From Mayamaea pseudoterrestris (lineage: Eukaryota), in contig BROI01000020.1 in assembly GCA_027923505.1 (NCBI GenBank), positions 496,001 to 560,000 on the forward strand: DNA of 64,000 nucleotides. The letters are read 5' to 3'. The position numbers and the translations under genes were made by a program. The stretch's first letter is position 1. Each line of letters opens with the position of its first letter. The notes beneath the pieces are model-generated. The model saw nothing but the letters and a program-made list of their open reading frames with translations, was not told the DNA's origin and did no database searches. Below, in pieces: positions 11,751 to 22,579 of this stretch.

Positions 11751-14242
11751 ATGGCATTCTTTCTGGAGGACGATGAACATGATAACGACGAAGGTGCATC
11801 CTCCAGCGAAAATAATGAGCAGCAATTGCAGCACGATGAATCCTCTGTATCAAACATGCCGCAGCAGCAGCAAGCAGTACTCGCTATTCCATCACAAGAC
11901 AACGAAGCCTTGCGTCGCTACTCGACCAAATCGTCCGATTTGTCATCGTCTTTTTTGTCGTCACGGCATTCCGACTTTACCTTGCCCGTGAGCAATCGGT
12001 TGCTGCACAATGCGCCGCCGCCGCTGCAAGTGAATGGCGCAACTGTCATGATGAATCACAATAGTCACATGCCGTCACATGATGCTTCCGCTGGAGCAAG
12101 TACAAGGAGTCGGCGCCCCATCTTTTGCGGCAAAGTGCAGCGCAAGTACGACGTGGCGCCGGCGCTCGACAATGGCTTACTGTGGAGGAGTCACAATGAG
12201 CATGGCAGTGCTAGTAATGAGCAGCTGCACGAAACGAATAGATTACTAAACACTGATCATCATCAAGACAGTATCGAGCAGCATCCAACCGAAATTATGC
12301 GCAGTCCTTTTGATTTGCAGCATCAACATGGATCTGGAGCAAATGGAATTGGCAATGGCGGCAGCAGTCTCACGTTGCACCACGAGCACCAATGGAACAT
12401 GGACGACGACGAGCAGCAGTATCGAGCAACCTTTGATTCGACCATTTCTCCACTGGCGTCGCCGACAATATCATTGAGCGGATCGTCCGTTCGTGCAGCA
12501 ACAAGTGCTCATGAACACTCGTCCAAGCCAAAGCAACGACAGTCGCTGCTCGTGCATTGCGTGACGACCTTATGCTGCCGGAGGAGCAAACGACAAGAAA
12601 ATGCAACGGACAAGCATGCTTCCGAAAACGATGCAGTACCATTAACAATGACAATCAACGACACTTGCTTTCAGTCGCTCATTCTGGCACTCGCCGTGGC
12701 GTGTGTTTGGACGCCCAGCAATTTATTGGCACCCAACTTGACCATGGTGGCGCGCGACTTGCATATACTCGTCAAACGCGACTTGTACTTGGGGTCGTAC
12801 TGCGCCTTGGCGTCGAGCGTGCTGAGCGCGCCCATGGGCGCCTACATTGGGTTGCTGGCGGATGTGACTGTGAAACGAGTGACAGCGAGTGGAGAGAACG
12901 AACCGACGACGAGTGGATACGGCTCCATGCAAGATGGACTGGCCGTTGACACAAATGTACGTAAGCAACATGTTTCTCGCATGACGCGCCACGCACTATT
13001 TTGCTGGACCATTGCGGGAGGCGGCGTGACGGCCTGGCTGACTGGATCGCGCTGGTGCACTCGCTATTGGCAATTGCTGTTGCTGCGCGTGTTGAATGGC
13101 GGTTTCATGACGGGGTCCGTGCCAATTGCCTTTAGCATCATGGCCGACTGCTTTGGCAGTGAGCAGCGCAACGCAGCGAGTAGCGGACTGACCGCCATGA
13201 TGGGGTTTGGCATGATTGCTGGTCAAATTTATGCTGGCATGACGGGTCCGCCGCTCGGATGGAAGCATGGCTTTCGCGTGAGTGGAGTCGTGACCATCGC
13301 CATGGCCGTCTTGTGCTACTTTCTTGTAAAGGAACCGGAGCGCGGTGGCAAGGAAAAGGCTCTTCAAGACATGTTGCAGTCGGGCAAGCGCTACGAGCGA
13401 AAGCTAACATGGTCTCGTTTCGTACAATCTATGAGGCAAAACAAGTCGAATGCCATTCTCATCTGGCAAGGTTTCTTTTCCTCCATGCCCTGGGGCATTA
13501 TTTCCGTTTTTTTGAACGACTACCTGTCGCAGGAACGTGGATTCAGTGTTGCCGACGCCACCTTCATGGTTGTTTGCTTTGGCGTTGGCTGTGCGATTGG
13601 AGGAATACTTGGAGGTGTCATTGGACAACGAATATACGACTTTCGTCGATCATGGCTGCCCCTCTTCATGTCTGCCACGACGATGCTTGGAATTCTTCCG
13701 TTCATCTGCCTTTTGAATACACATTTCACCAACGCGCATGGACCAATGGGTCTTTTTCTGACCGTTTCCGGCGGCATTATCGCCAATCTTCCGTCTGTCA
13801 ACTCTCGCCCATGCCTCATCAACGTGAATCCACCCGAATCGCGAGGAGCGGCCTTGACGGCTGCCAATGTGCTGGTCAATTTGGGTCGCGGCCTTGGCAC
13901 ATCGACAGTTACGCTCATGGTTGTCATTTTCGAAGTTGATCGGCAGTTTGCTTTCAATGTTACGGTAGGTTGTCATCGTGTCTGCTACTCTTGTCAATCG
14001 CTTGGCTCATGCTTGACTCTCACGAGCGCCACTGCCATGTTTCACGTTTGCAGTTGATTGTATTTTGGTCCATTTCCGCCTTGCAACTGATCTTCCTTTC
14101 AAAAACTCTTGCCCAAGACCAAGACGCCATGGAAGGTGAGCTTGCCGCCTACGCCTTGACGGCCATGGAGAAAGACGAGGACGAGGACGACGACGAGTCC
14201 ATCAAAGTAGCTGGCGTCCATGCATCGCTTGCATGCTTTTGA
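11751..14242 (+). CDS. MFS transporter (spinster-like) with a long disordered N-terminus; exons 11751-13965, 14054-14242
   Basis: About 12 hydrophobic segments, NLLAPNL, YWQLLLLRVLNG, SIMADCF..EQRN and VNPPESRG MFS motifs. GT-AG intron 13966-14053. 3' end less certain. Confidence 0.85.
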
Positions 14243-14522
14243 TGACCAAGCGGCGCGCGAATAAGCTTTTTGGAGCTCTTGGTACCTTCGCTACATCTGT
14301 TGTCATGGCGCAATGCGACGGGCTTGTGCGCAGGAGCCATGTGATCGCTAGTCAGCAACGTTGCAACTGCGAGAGATTGTTTGCAATATATGTAATTCTA
14401 CCATGTACAAATGGGTAAATGGCTAAGTTTGCACATTATTATTGCTGTAATTAAAGTCTATGGTCAAATCAAAAATTTAAAGCTGGTAGCCGAAATTGCT
14501 CAAAATATTAACAAAGGAGCAT

Positions 14523-15272
14523 TCACTCCACTTGCACGACAATGGCAGCGGCAAGCCTTGGTCGAACGTGACGCTCACTTTCCGTTTCGTCCGACACGGC
14601 TCGCTTCAATACTGGCCGTAGCGCTACCGGTAGCGGCGTCGTGAATGGCGCTATCGTCGGCTGCTCGGTGATATTATGTTCAATAGATTCACGCTCCATC
14701 GTTTCAGTTTCATAAACTCGCTCATAGTCGCGTTTGCCTTCCTCCAGCGCCAATTTCTTGGCCCAGCTGGTGCATTTTGAACATAACTTGGCCAGTTTCG
14801 TTGCGCAAAGTAGCGTTTGCGACGCCTTTAAAATGTATTTATTGGCCATGTACTTGCGCCGCTGTCGCTCGAGGCAGCTGCGCAGCTCGAGGCCGCGACT
14901 GGTAGCGTTTTCGGGCGTGAGTGAAAGATCTTCTTGGTCTGGTAGCGGCTTGTCCAAGGAAAATGTACTCATTGATGTACTGGAACTAGTCGTTGCGCTG
15001 CTGCTGCTGCCATTATCATTCAAAGTGTTACTCATCAATTCGCTCGCAACGTGCTGGCGCATGTGCCGACAAAGCTCGCGCGCCTCGGTGCGAAAGACTT
15101 GCAAATCCTCCGCTTGGTACCACCGGGAGAGTATATTGACATCTTCGTCGTAAGCAGTAGTAGGTATAACGTGCGCCAGCTCGGAAAAGCGGACCGAGCG
15201 AGTGCGACTGTTCGTGAGAGCGTCCGCGTTGATGGCTGCTGGTGAGGAATTCATGCTGCTAATGCCGCTCAT
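14523..15272 (-). CDS. Hypothetical protein of the 'VxF...WY...RGLE' family common in diatoms
   Basis: Motifs SVRFSE, WYQAEDLQVFRTEA, RGLELR, LAKLCSKCTSWAKKLALEEG..D. Likely start MSGISS at 15272; the ORF extension upstream looks non-coding. Confidence 0.7.
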   Translation of the reverse strand: MSGISSMNSSPAAINADALTNSRTRSVRFSELAHVIPTTAYDEDVNILSRWYQAEDLQVFRTEARELCRHMRQHVASELMSNTLNDNGSSSSATTSSSTSMSTFSLDKPLPDQEDLSLTPENATSRGLELRSCLERQRRKYMANKYILKASQTLLCATKLAKLCSKCTSWAKKLALEEGKRDYERVYETETMERESIEHNITEQPTIAPFTTPLPVALRPVLKRAVSDETESERHVRPRLAAAIVVQVE

Positions 15273-16309
15273 GCTGCTCTTTTCGATATATAATAATATT
15301 GAGGAGCAAGGCTTTGGATTAGTCACGTCAAGATAGCACATTGTGGGTTTCAATATTGTTGCAGATGGAGTCGGAAGGAAGGAACAATAAACGCGGCGCT
15401 GATGCCATGGGATTCGAGACGCAGATGATGGAGCGCTGCGCGCGCATGCAGGTTTGAAGCACTGGTCCCGCATGAAGGTTTGAAGTGTGGCGTGGAGAGT
15501 GATGGAACCAAGACTGACTTTCGGAGAGAATGACGCATGACGGAGGAAGTTCCAAGAATGCAACGCTGCGTCACACTTCCTGCTTGGACGAATATGGCCC
15601 GAGCGCGATTGACACATTCATTATTGCTTATTGCATGGCGAGAATCTACTGGTATCATAGTCGCCATGCTGTACAATAACAAAGCTTGCTTGTTCATTGC
15701 TCGAAGCTATGATGAAGAGCACCGCAGTCCCCGAACTGACACGCTCGAGAGACTTGAAGGATGGTGTCCAAGGATACTGCATACGTCTTGCCCAGCCGAT
15801 ACTCAAAGACTTGCTACAAAGCACTTGGCGCCTGACGAACGTAGGCCTGGCTCGACTCATGTTCAAATTTCGCCTAGCAATTTCATCATGGTCGCGCAAT
15901 GGATTGAATTAGCTAGGGTGGCTCCGCCGCGATGCACCTGTTACATCTGACAGTGAGTCATAAATGAGTCATGAATGCAATGCACGATCGAGAAGCGTTT
16001 TATTCCAGTATTGCCATACTGAAGAAATTCGTCAATTGCCATTTATTATACTGCAAGAAGTACGATATGACACAATAGGTCATTCCAAGAATGTCATTTT
16101 CGTCGCGATCGGATGCATGTTCCGCGGATCGGTTCCCTCCGCGACTCGACATGTTTGATCCAAAGAAAAAGCAGCGATGCATTCATTCCTCGTCAACAAC
16201 CTCATTCTTCGTCTCGATGCAACAACTCCCGCGACAATCAATCAATTCATCGCTTGACAACAAGAAAGCTTTTAGACTCTAGCTGTGCTTCCCAGATATC
16301 GGCAACAAA

Positions 16310-19300
16310 ATGATGACGCAAGGAGCAGCAACAGCCACCGCCGAGGACTTTACCTCCCAGTCGTCCGACTTTTATGAATGTAACAACGAAAGCTACGATG
16401 ACGACGACCAAATATTTCACGACGACAGTGACGACGACAGCGACATTTCCATAGTGTTGAAGCAAAAGCGGCAGCAACCAATGGCGCGCGGCAACGCCCT
16501 TGGTCACCGTCGCCAAGGCATCAATGTCACGCGCGTTGGCATGATGGTGACCATTGTCTTGATTGGCATTGCCATGTCCGTGGGCGTCTACCAAATGCTG
16601 CATCGCAAGGAGCATGCGGCAAACGAAGCAGTGGTGAGTTGGCGAATGCAATGGTTATGATAGTCGCTTTGACGCGTTTGTAATTGTAAATGTACTCATT
16701 CCTTCACATTATTCTTTCGTCATACTCTAGTACATTGACTTGACCATGACACTGGAGCAAGCAATCACTGCCAAAGTACAGTCCATGCAGCAATCCGTTT
16801 CAAACCTTGCTCAAGCCGTCACTCTATCAGCGTCATTGAACGAAGCGTCTTCCTTTCCCTTTGTGACCGTCTCCATGTTTGATGCGCTGGCGCAGCAACG
16901 GGAGCCTGGTGTCACGTCCATCATGTACGCGCCCAAAGTAGCGGCGTCGCAGCGAATCGATTGGGAGCAATACGCGCTGGAACATGCCGACAAATTGATG
17001 GTAGCGGCGAGTGCATTAATGGAGCAATCGACAATTAGCGATGCAACGAGTGACGCAGCCGCGACCAATGTAACCATTCCGGCCTTGATTCATCCCGAGC
17101 CAGCTTCAAGCGATGCATACTACCTTCCAGTCTGGCAAGTCGCTCCATTCAGCAGCAACATGATCAACTTCAATCTACGCTCGGCGCTTGGCGAAACCGT
17201 TTTTGACGCGGCGGCGGCAGCAAGCTTGGATCGACTCGTCGCCTGGACCAACGTTGGCATGAATGCCAGCTTTACGAATGTGAGCGAGCTGCCGTTCCAG
17301 TCGGGCCCGTCAATGACGCAGCAGCAGCAGCAGCAGCAGTCATTCATAGTGGCGCCAGTATATGCCGCAACAACAACTGATGCTGCTGGCAACGACATGA
17401 CGTCCCGTTCACCAGCAGTCGCAGTTGGCTTTGTCATTGGAAGTGTTGCTTGGAGCGACGTGCTGTCCAACTTGCTACCCTACGGCCAGTATGGCGTGAC
17501 CGTCGTATTGCAAAACACCTGCGGATCAAGTTTGACGTTTTTGCTGCAGCAGAGTAAAGCTCAGTTCATTGGCATTGGCGACTGGCACGATGGCGCCTAC
17601 GAACATACGGCTGTTTTGGTGCCATTGATGAACAACGCGACGACGACCGAAACGACAAGCCATATTGGTGTTTGCGACTATTTCATGACCTTTTACGCGA
17701 GCAATGTATACCAGGCGTCCATCCAGTCGGGGACGCCGTGGACCGTCACGCTGGCCGTCATGGGGGTCTTTTGCTTCCTCGCGCTGGCGTTTGCGTTGTA
17801 CGACGCCTACACGACCCGACGCAACCAGGCAGTTCTGGCGACGGCGACAAGGTCGCAGGCAATATTGGTGAGTATTGGTGTGCTGGTAGTTCATGTTGAT
17901 GACAAATATCGAATAATAGCGGTTGCAGTGTGATTTCCTAACGTTCCATATGTTCGCCATTTACGCAGGCAAACTTGTTTCCATCCAATGTTCGAGAACG
18001 TCTTTTTGCGGAAAAGGAAACGGAACAACCAAGAAAGCAACGAGCGAGGCAGCCGCAGAATTTAAAAGCTCTGATGAACAGTGGCTTGAGCAGCATGGAG
18101 GGAGAACTTGACGCCGACATGGGGTACAAGGGCAAGCCTATTGCGGACTTGTTCACCGAATCTACCGTCCTCTTTGCCGATATTGCCGGGTTTACTGCGT
18201 GGAGGTAAGATACTTCGAGTCCATGGGTATCACATCACTCACTTTCTCTCCATCTAACGTATTTGTTCCCGCCACAGCTCGCAACGCGAACCCGCCCAAG
18301 TCTTTACACTTTTAGAGACTCTATATCGTGCCTTTGATGAGATTGCAAAGCGACGCCGCGTCTTCAAGGTGGAGACGATTGGTGATTGCTATGTGGCCGT
18401 CACTGGAGTCCCTGAAGCACAAAAGGATCACGCGGTGCTGATGTGTCGATTCGCCCGCGATATGATGAACAAATGTCATGCTTTGACCAAACGTTTAGAG
18501 ACTACTCTGGGCCCTGATACCGGAGACTTGGACATGAGGGTTGGGATTCATTCAGGACCTGTAACAGCCGGTGTGTTGCGAGGGGAACGCTCGCGGTTCC
18601 AGGTACGTTGAAAGCTTCTCCTGAAGTCTCTCATTCTGCGCGACCCAACTCACTTTGCCTTTGATCGCCAACAACTCACAGCTCTTTGGTGATACAATGG
18701 TACGTATATTTCGCTTTTTATGTCGTCTGCAAGCAGAGACTTTACAATGCTCACAGTTGCCATGAATTCCACGATGTAGAATACTGCTTCCCGCACCGAG
18801 AGCACGGGCATTCGAGGCAAGATCCAGCTCTCGCAGGATACTGCTGATTTACTTAATAGCATGGGGAAGAGTCATTGGATAATCCAGCGCGAGGACAAAG
18901 TGTTTGCCAAGGGCAAGGGCGAGATGACGACCTTTTGGTTGCTCATGAGCAAATCCGATGCCGCTTCCAGCAGCGGCGATTCGGACATGTCGATGAGTAG
19001 CCGCTATGTAATCAAGGAAGTGGAAACACGCACAGTCATTGCTCAAATGGCATCGGAAAAGACGTCGCGTCTGGTGGAATGGAATTGCGAAGTCATTTTA
19101 CGACTGCTGAAGCAAATTGCATCGACTCGAATGCGTTTACCTCCTGGACGGAAAGGCAAGATTGACGAAACCAAGTTCATGTGCGCCGGAACGCTCGCGA
19201 TTGATGAAGTGAAGGAAATCATTTCGCTCCCAGTGTACCATGAGTCAAATACAGTTGACATTGATTTGGATAGCGTCCGCCTGCCCATGGCCGTCGTTGA

Positions 19301-20666
19301 CCAGGTGTACGACTTTGTGTCTCATATCTCTGCCTTGTACCGAGACAATCACTTTCACAACTTTGAGCACGCCTCCCATGTTACAATGTCAGTCACTAAG
19401 CTTTTATCTCGGATTGTGGCGCCGTCCGATATGGATGCAGCGGGCAAATCGTTGCATGACCACACGTATGGCATTACGTCATGTCCCTTGACCCAGTTTG
19501 CATGCATATTTAGCGCCTTGATCCACGACGTTGACCATTACGGAATTCCTAACACTTTGCTGGTCTTGGGCAAGACGCAACTCGCAGCCTACTACAAGAA
19601 TCAGAGCGTCGCCGAGCAAAACTCGGTGGATATTGCCTGGCACTTGCTCATGGACAGTTCGTACGCAGACATGAGAGCTGCCATTTACTCAACTGACGAG
19701 GAGCTGAATCTTTTCAGGGCACTTGTTGTCAATAGTGTCATGTCAACCGATATTGTTGATAAGCGGCTCAAGTTCTTGCGGAACGAGCGGTGGGACAAAG
19801 CCTTCTCCAAAAGATCAATGGGTGAAGATGCAAAGACAGTGAATGACCGAAAGGCTACCATTGTCATTGAGCATTTGATACAGGCAAGTGATGTATCACA
19901 CACGATGCAGCACTGGCATATATACCGCAAATGGAATGAGCGCTTCTTTTTCGAGTGCTGGACCAGCTACTGCGAAGGTCTCACTCCCGAAAACCCGGCC
20001 GACTCGTGGTACAAGGGCGAAATTGGATTCTTTGACTTTTACATTATACCACTTGCCAAAAAGCTCAAGGACTGCGGTGTCTTTGGAGTCGCTAGTGACG
20101 AGTACTTGAACTACGCGAACCGCAATCGTGCGGAATGGCAAGCCCGTGGCCAAGAAGTCGTTCAGGAAATGCTTAATAAAGCGCAGCAGTTGATGGAGGG
20201 ACCGCCCATGGAGTACACTCTCGGAATGCCTACCTCGCTGGCACCACCAGAAGCAGCGCCTGACATGGTCGAGCCAATGATGGAGTCTGTTGAAGCTATG
20301 AACGTAGCTCCCGCGTGTACGGCACCATCATCACTCGTGATTCATTCAACCACTCCCCGACCCATCGCTGCCAAGCTCACGTCGTCGCAAGTCATGCGGC
20401 CGCCGTCACCGTTCAAAACGGCAGTCTTGGTGGATGATGAAGATGGCGCAGTCTCGCCAAGCTTTGCTGCAACTGCTTCATTCATCGAGCCAACGCTGCA
20501 TTCAGGCGCGGAGGCGAGTGCAGTTGCATCTACGGCTGCGTTACCCAGCGGCGGCTCGTCCAATCATTCGCTCTCGACGCACAGTGCATCGTCAGCCTTT
20601 GAGCGAACAAGCTCCTTCAAGATGCCAAAGAAGGAACATGCTCCGAATGAAATGCTCTTCTTGTAA
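16310..20666 (+). CDS. Receptor-type bifunctional nucleotide cyclase-phosphodiesterase, copy A; exons 16310-16633, 16731-17867, 17969-18204, 18278-18602, 18682-18699, 18780-20666
   Basis: TM1, CHASE-like region (MYAPKV, YLPVWQVAP, VVLQNTCG, GDWHD), TM2, cyclase (TVLFADIAGFT, KVETIGDCY, GIHSGPV, LFGDTMNTASR), PDE (HNFEHA, HDVDH, ASDVSH). All exon phases are consistent. Confidence 0.92.
17319..17339 (+). repeat. (CAG)7 microsatellite encoding poly-Gln in the sensor domain of cyclase-PDE copy A
   Basis: cagcagcagcagcagcagcag read directly from the sequence. Confidence 0.85.
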
Positions 20667-21014
20667 TACCGGTATGATGCAAGGAAACGTTGCGAGTGCG
20701 GGGCCAGTGCTCTTGCACCACTAGAAAGATAACAACAACATAGATACATAATAAATAAGCTCCTCGTAAGTAGCTTCCGATGCATGTAAAAACCATGGCG
20801 CAATTGCTTTTGTTCGCTGCAAGCGAGTGTAGCGTTTGCTAGCTAAAGTGTGAGCGACTGTGAATACAATGTCGCATCACAACTCATTTTCGGCGAGCGA
20901 TGACTCGGTCGCGCCATGGCGGCCGTCCATTTTCTTGGAACGCACAAAACCCTCCTTTCTCGATGCCTTGACTATACACAAACAGATACTCTTGTACCAT
21001 ACAAATTTGAAACA

Positions 21015-22358
21015 ATGGAGAACCATACATTTTCCGAACCAGAACCCGTTGAAAATTCCAGTCCACCGGAATGGCTCGTCCACGTCCTCCGCAACAGCAA
21101 CAGTCCGACGGACGACGACGTTAAAAAGCAAACACTGGTTGCAACGCTGCTCGTTAATTGCGAAACCCTTCCGCCGCGCAGGCGCAAAGGAAGAGTTGTT
21201 TGGAAGTTGCCCGATGATTTTGCCAGCGTTCCAAAGTTTGGAAGCGTCGAGCGGGAGCGACTATGGGAATTGTTCAAGCAGCAGCGCAAGGAGCGGCGGA
21301 AAAGTAAAACAAAAGATGCACTAGTAGTAAATGACATTGGAGATGTAATGATTGATGATTCTGGTGGTATTGAAAAGGAGGAAGGAAATGAAAGAAGAGA
21401 GAATGCTGCTGGCCAAGCAAAGCCAAATGACGAAGGAGCGAATCGCTCGAGTCAGCAATCAGCGTCGGCGGAAAATGGTGCAGCAAGTTTTACTGATGCA
21501 GCAGCACCAGATTTAACGAAACAAGGAACTTCAAACGAAATGAGTCAATTAGATTTCACAAATAGACCGTCGGGTGCTGCTGCTGTAAAGACTCCCGGCA
21601 AGACGGAAGGATCGACGAGGAATGGTGACTACGGCGGAACATTAAGCAATGGAGCGAGCGGCGACTCTGCTGTTTCTTATCGACTCGACCACGAGTCGCA
21701 AGGTAAATCTTCACAACATCAAGCGCTAGAAACTGCTCCAACTCCGCCGACGCTTCCTCCTCCCGGGTTTGGAATGGCAAGCCTTTCACTCGAAACCGTT
21801 GATGCGAAAACAGCAACGCTTCTGCCTCCAGGCATGAATGCAACTGCTCCGCCTCCAGGCATGGAAGCAATACCTGCGCATCCAGCAGCTGCGCCGTTAC
21901 ATTCGCCTCCACAATTGCAGCTCCAACCAAAGTATTTTGAACGACATGAACTTGCGCAACTACCACGACTATTCACGCAACTCATGGCAGGCAACAAGGC
22001 ACGCGAATGGCTTGCATATTACGATCCATGCGCACAATGTTGTTTGCAGCTTGCCAGTGTCCAGGTGCAGTCGCAGTCGCTGCACGAGCGGCTGCAGCGG
22101 TGGACCTTGCTGTCGCAGCAGGGGGTTTGGGAGCCGCAAGGCTGCGCCACGGTGCAACAAATACAATCGCAGCAGTCGCAAGAGCAGAATAACACGTCAG
22201 CAGCAAGTACAGTCTTGGTGGTGTTTTCTGGTCGGACGCGACAAAAGTCGGAGCTTTTGGTCTTTTGCCTGAGTCTAGTCATGAGACAATCGCTGCAGCA
22301 GCATGGTGGCGGTGGTTACCAAATTGTCAATGACGTACTGACGCTCACGCCTGTGTGA
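21015..22358 (+). CDS. Hypothetical protein with a Pro-rich (PPPG) linker and a possible C-terminal NTF2-like domain
   Basis: Intronless ORF. The C-terminus WLAYYD...VLVVFSG...FCLSLVM...GYQIVNDVLTL resembles the NTF2/G3BP pattern. Confidence 0.65.
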   Translation: MENHTFSEPEPVENSSPPEWLVHVLRNSNSPTDDDVKKQTLVATLLVNCETLPPRRRKGRVVWKLPDDFASVPKFGSVERERLWELFKQQRKERRKSKTKDALVVNDIGDVMIDDSGGIEKEEGNERRENAAGQAKPNDEGANRSSQQSASAENGAASFTDAAAPDLTKQGTSNEMSQLDFTNRPSGAAAVKTPGKTEGSTRNGDYGGTLSNGASGDSAVSYRLDHESQGKSSQHQALETAPTPPTLPPPGFGMASLSLETVDAKTATLLPPGMNATAPPPGMEAIPAHPAAAPLHSPPQLQLQPKYFERHELAQLPRLFTQLMAGNKAREWLAYYDPCAQCCLQLASVQVQSQSLHERLQRWTLLSQQGVWEPQGCATVQQIQSQQSQEQNNTSAASTVLVVFSGRTRQKSELLVFCLSLVMRQSLQQHGGGGYQIVNDVLTLTPV

Positions 22359-22579
22359 AGCGTGCATTGGCAGTGGATTGACTTTGACTTGATTGCTCTT
22401 GTTGGCAGTTTTTGAACGTTGCGTTGTCACTCCGATGATTTGTTGCCATCCAAGCCTGATGACTTGCACCGCTTCGAGCCTTTGCGACAAATGTCGATAC
22501 AAATAACAATGAGCGACATACGCAAACATAACAACCACATTGTAAAAAATGAATAAATTCACTTTTGGCCGATTACTTA

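Noticed and set aside
15273..15950. N-terminal extension of the 364-aa ORF and overlapping short ORFs
   Set aside because: Non-ATG start and random-looking composition; more likely 5' UTR or promoter between divergent genes.
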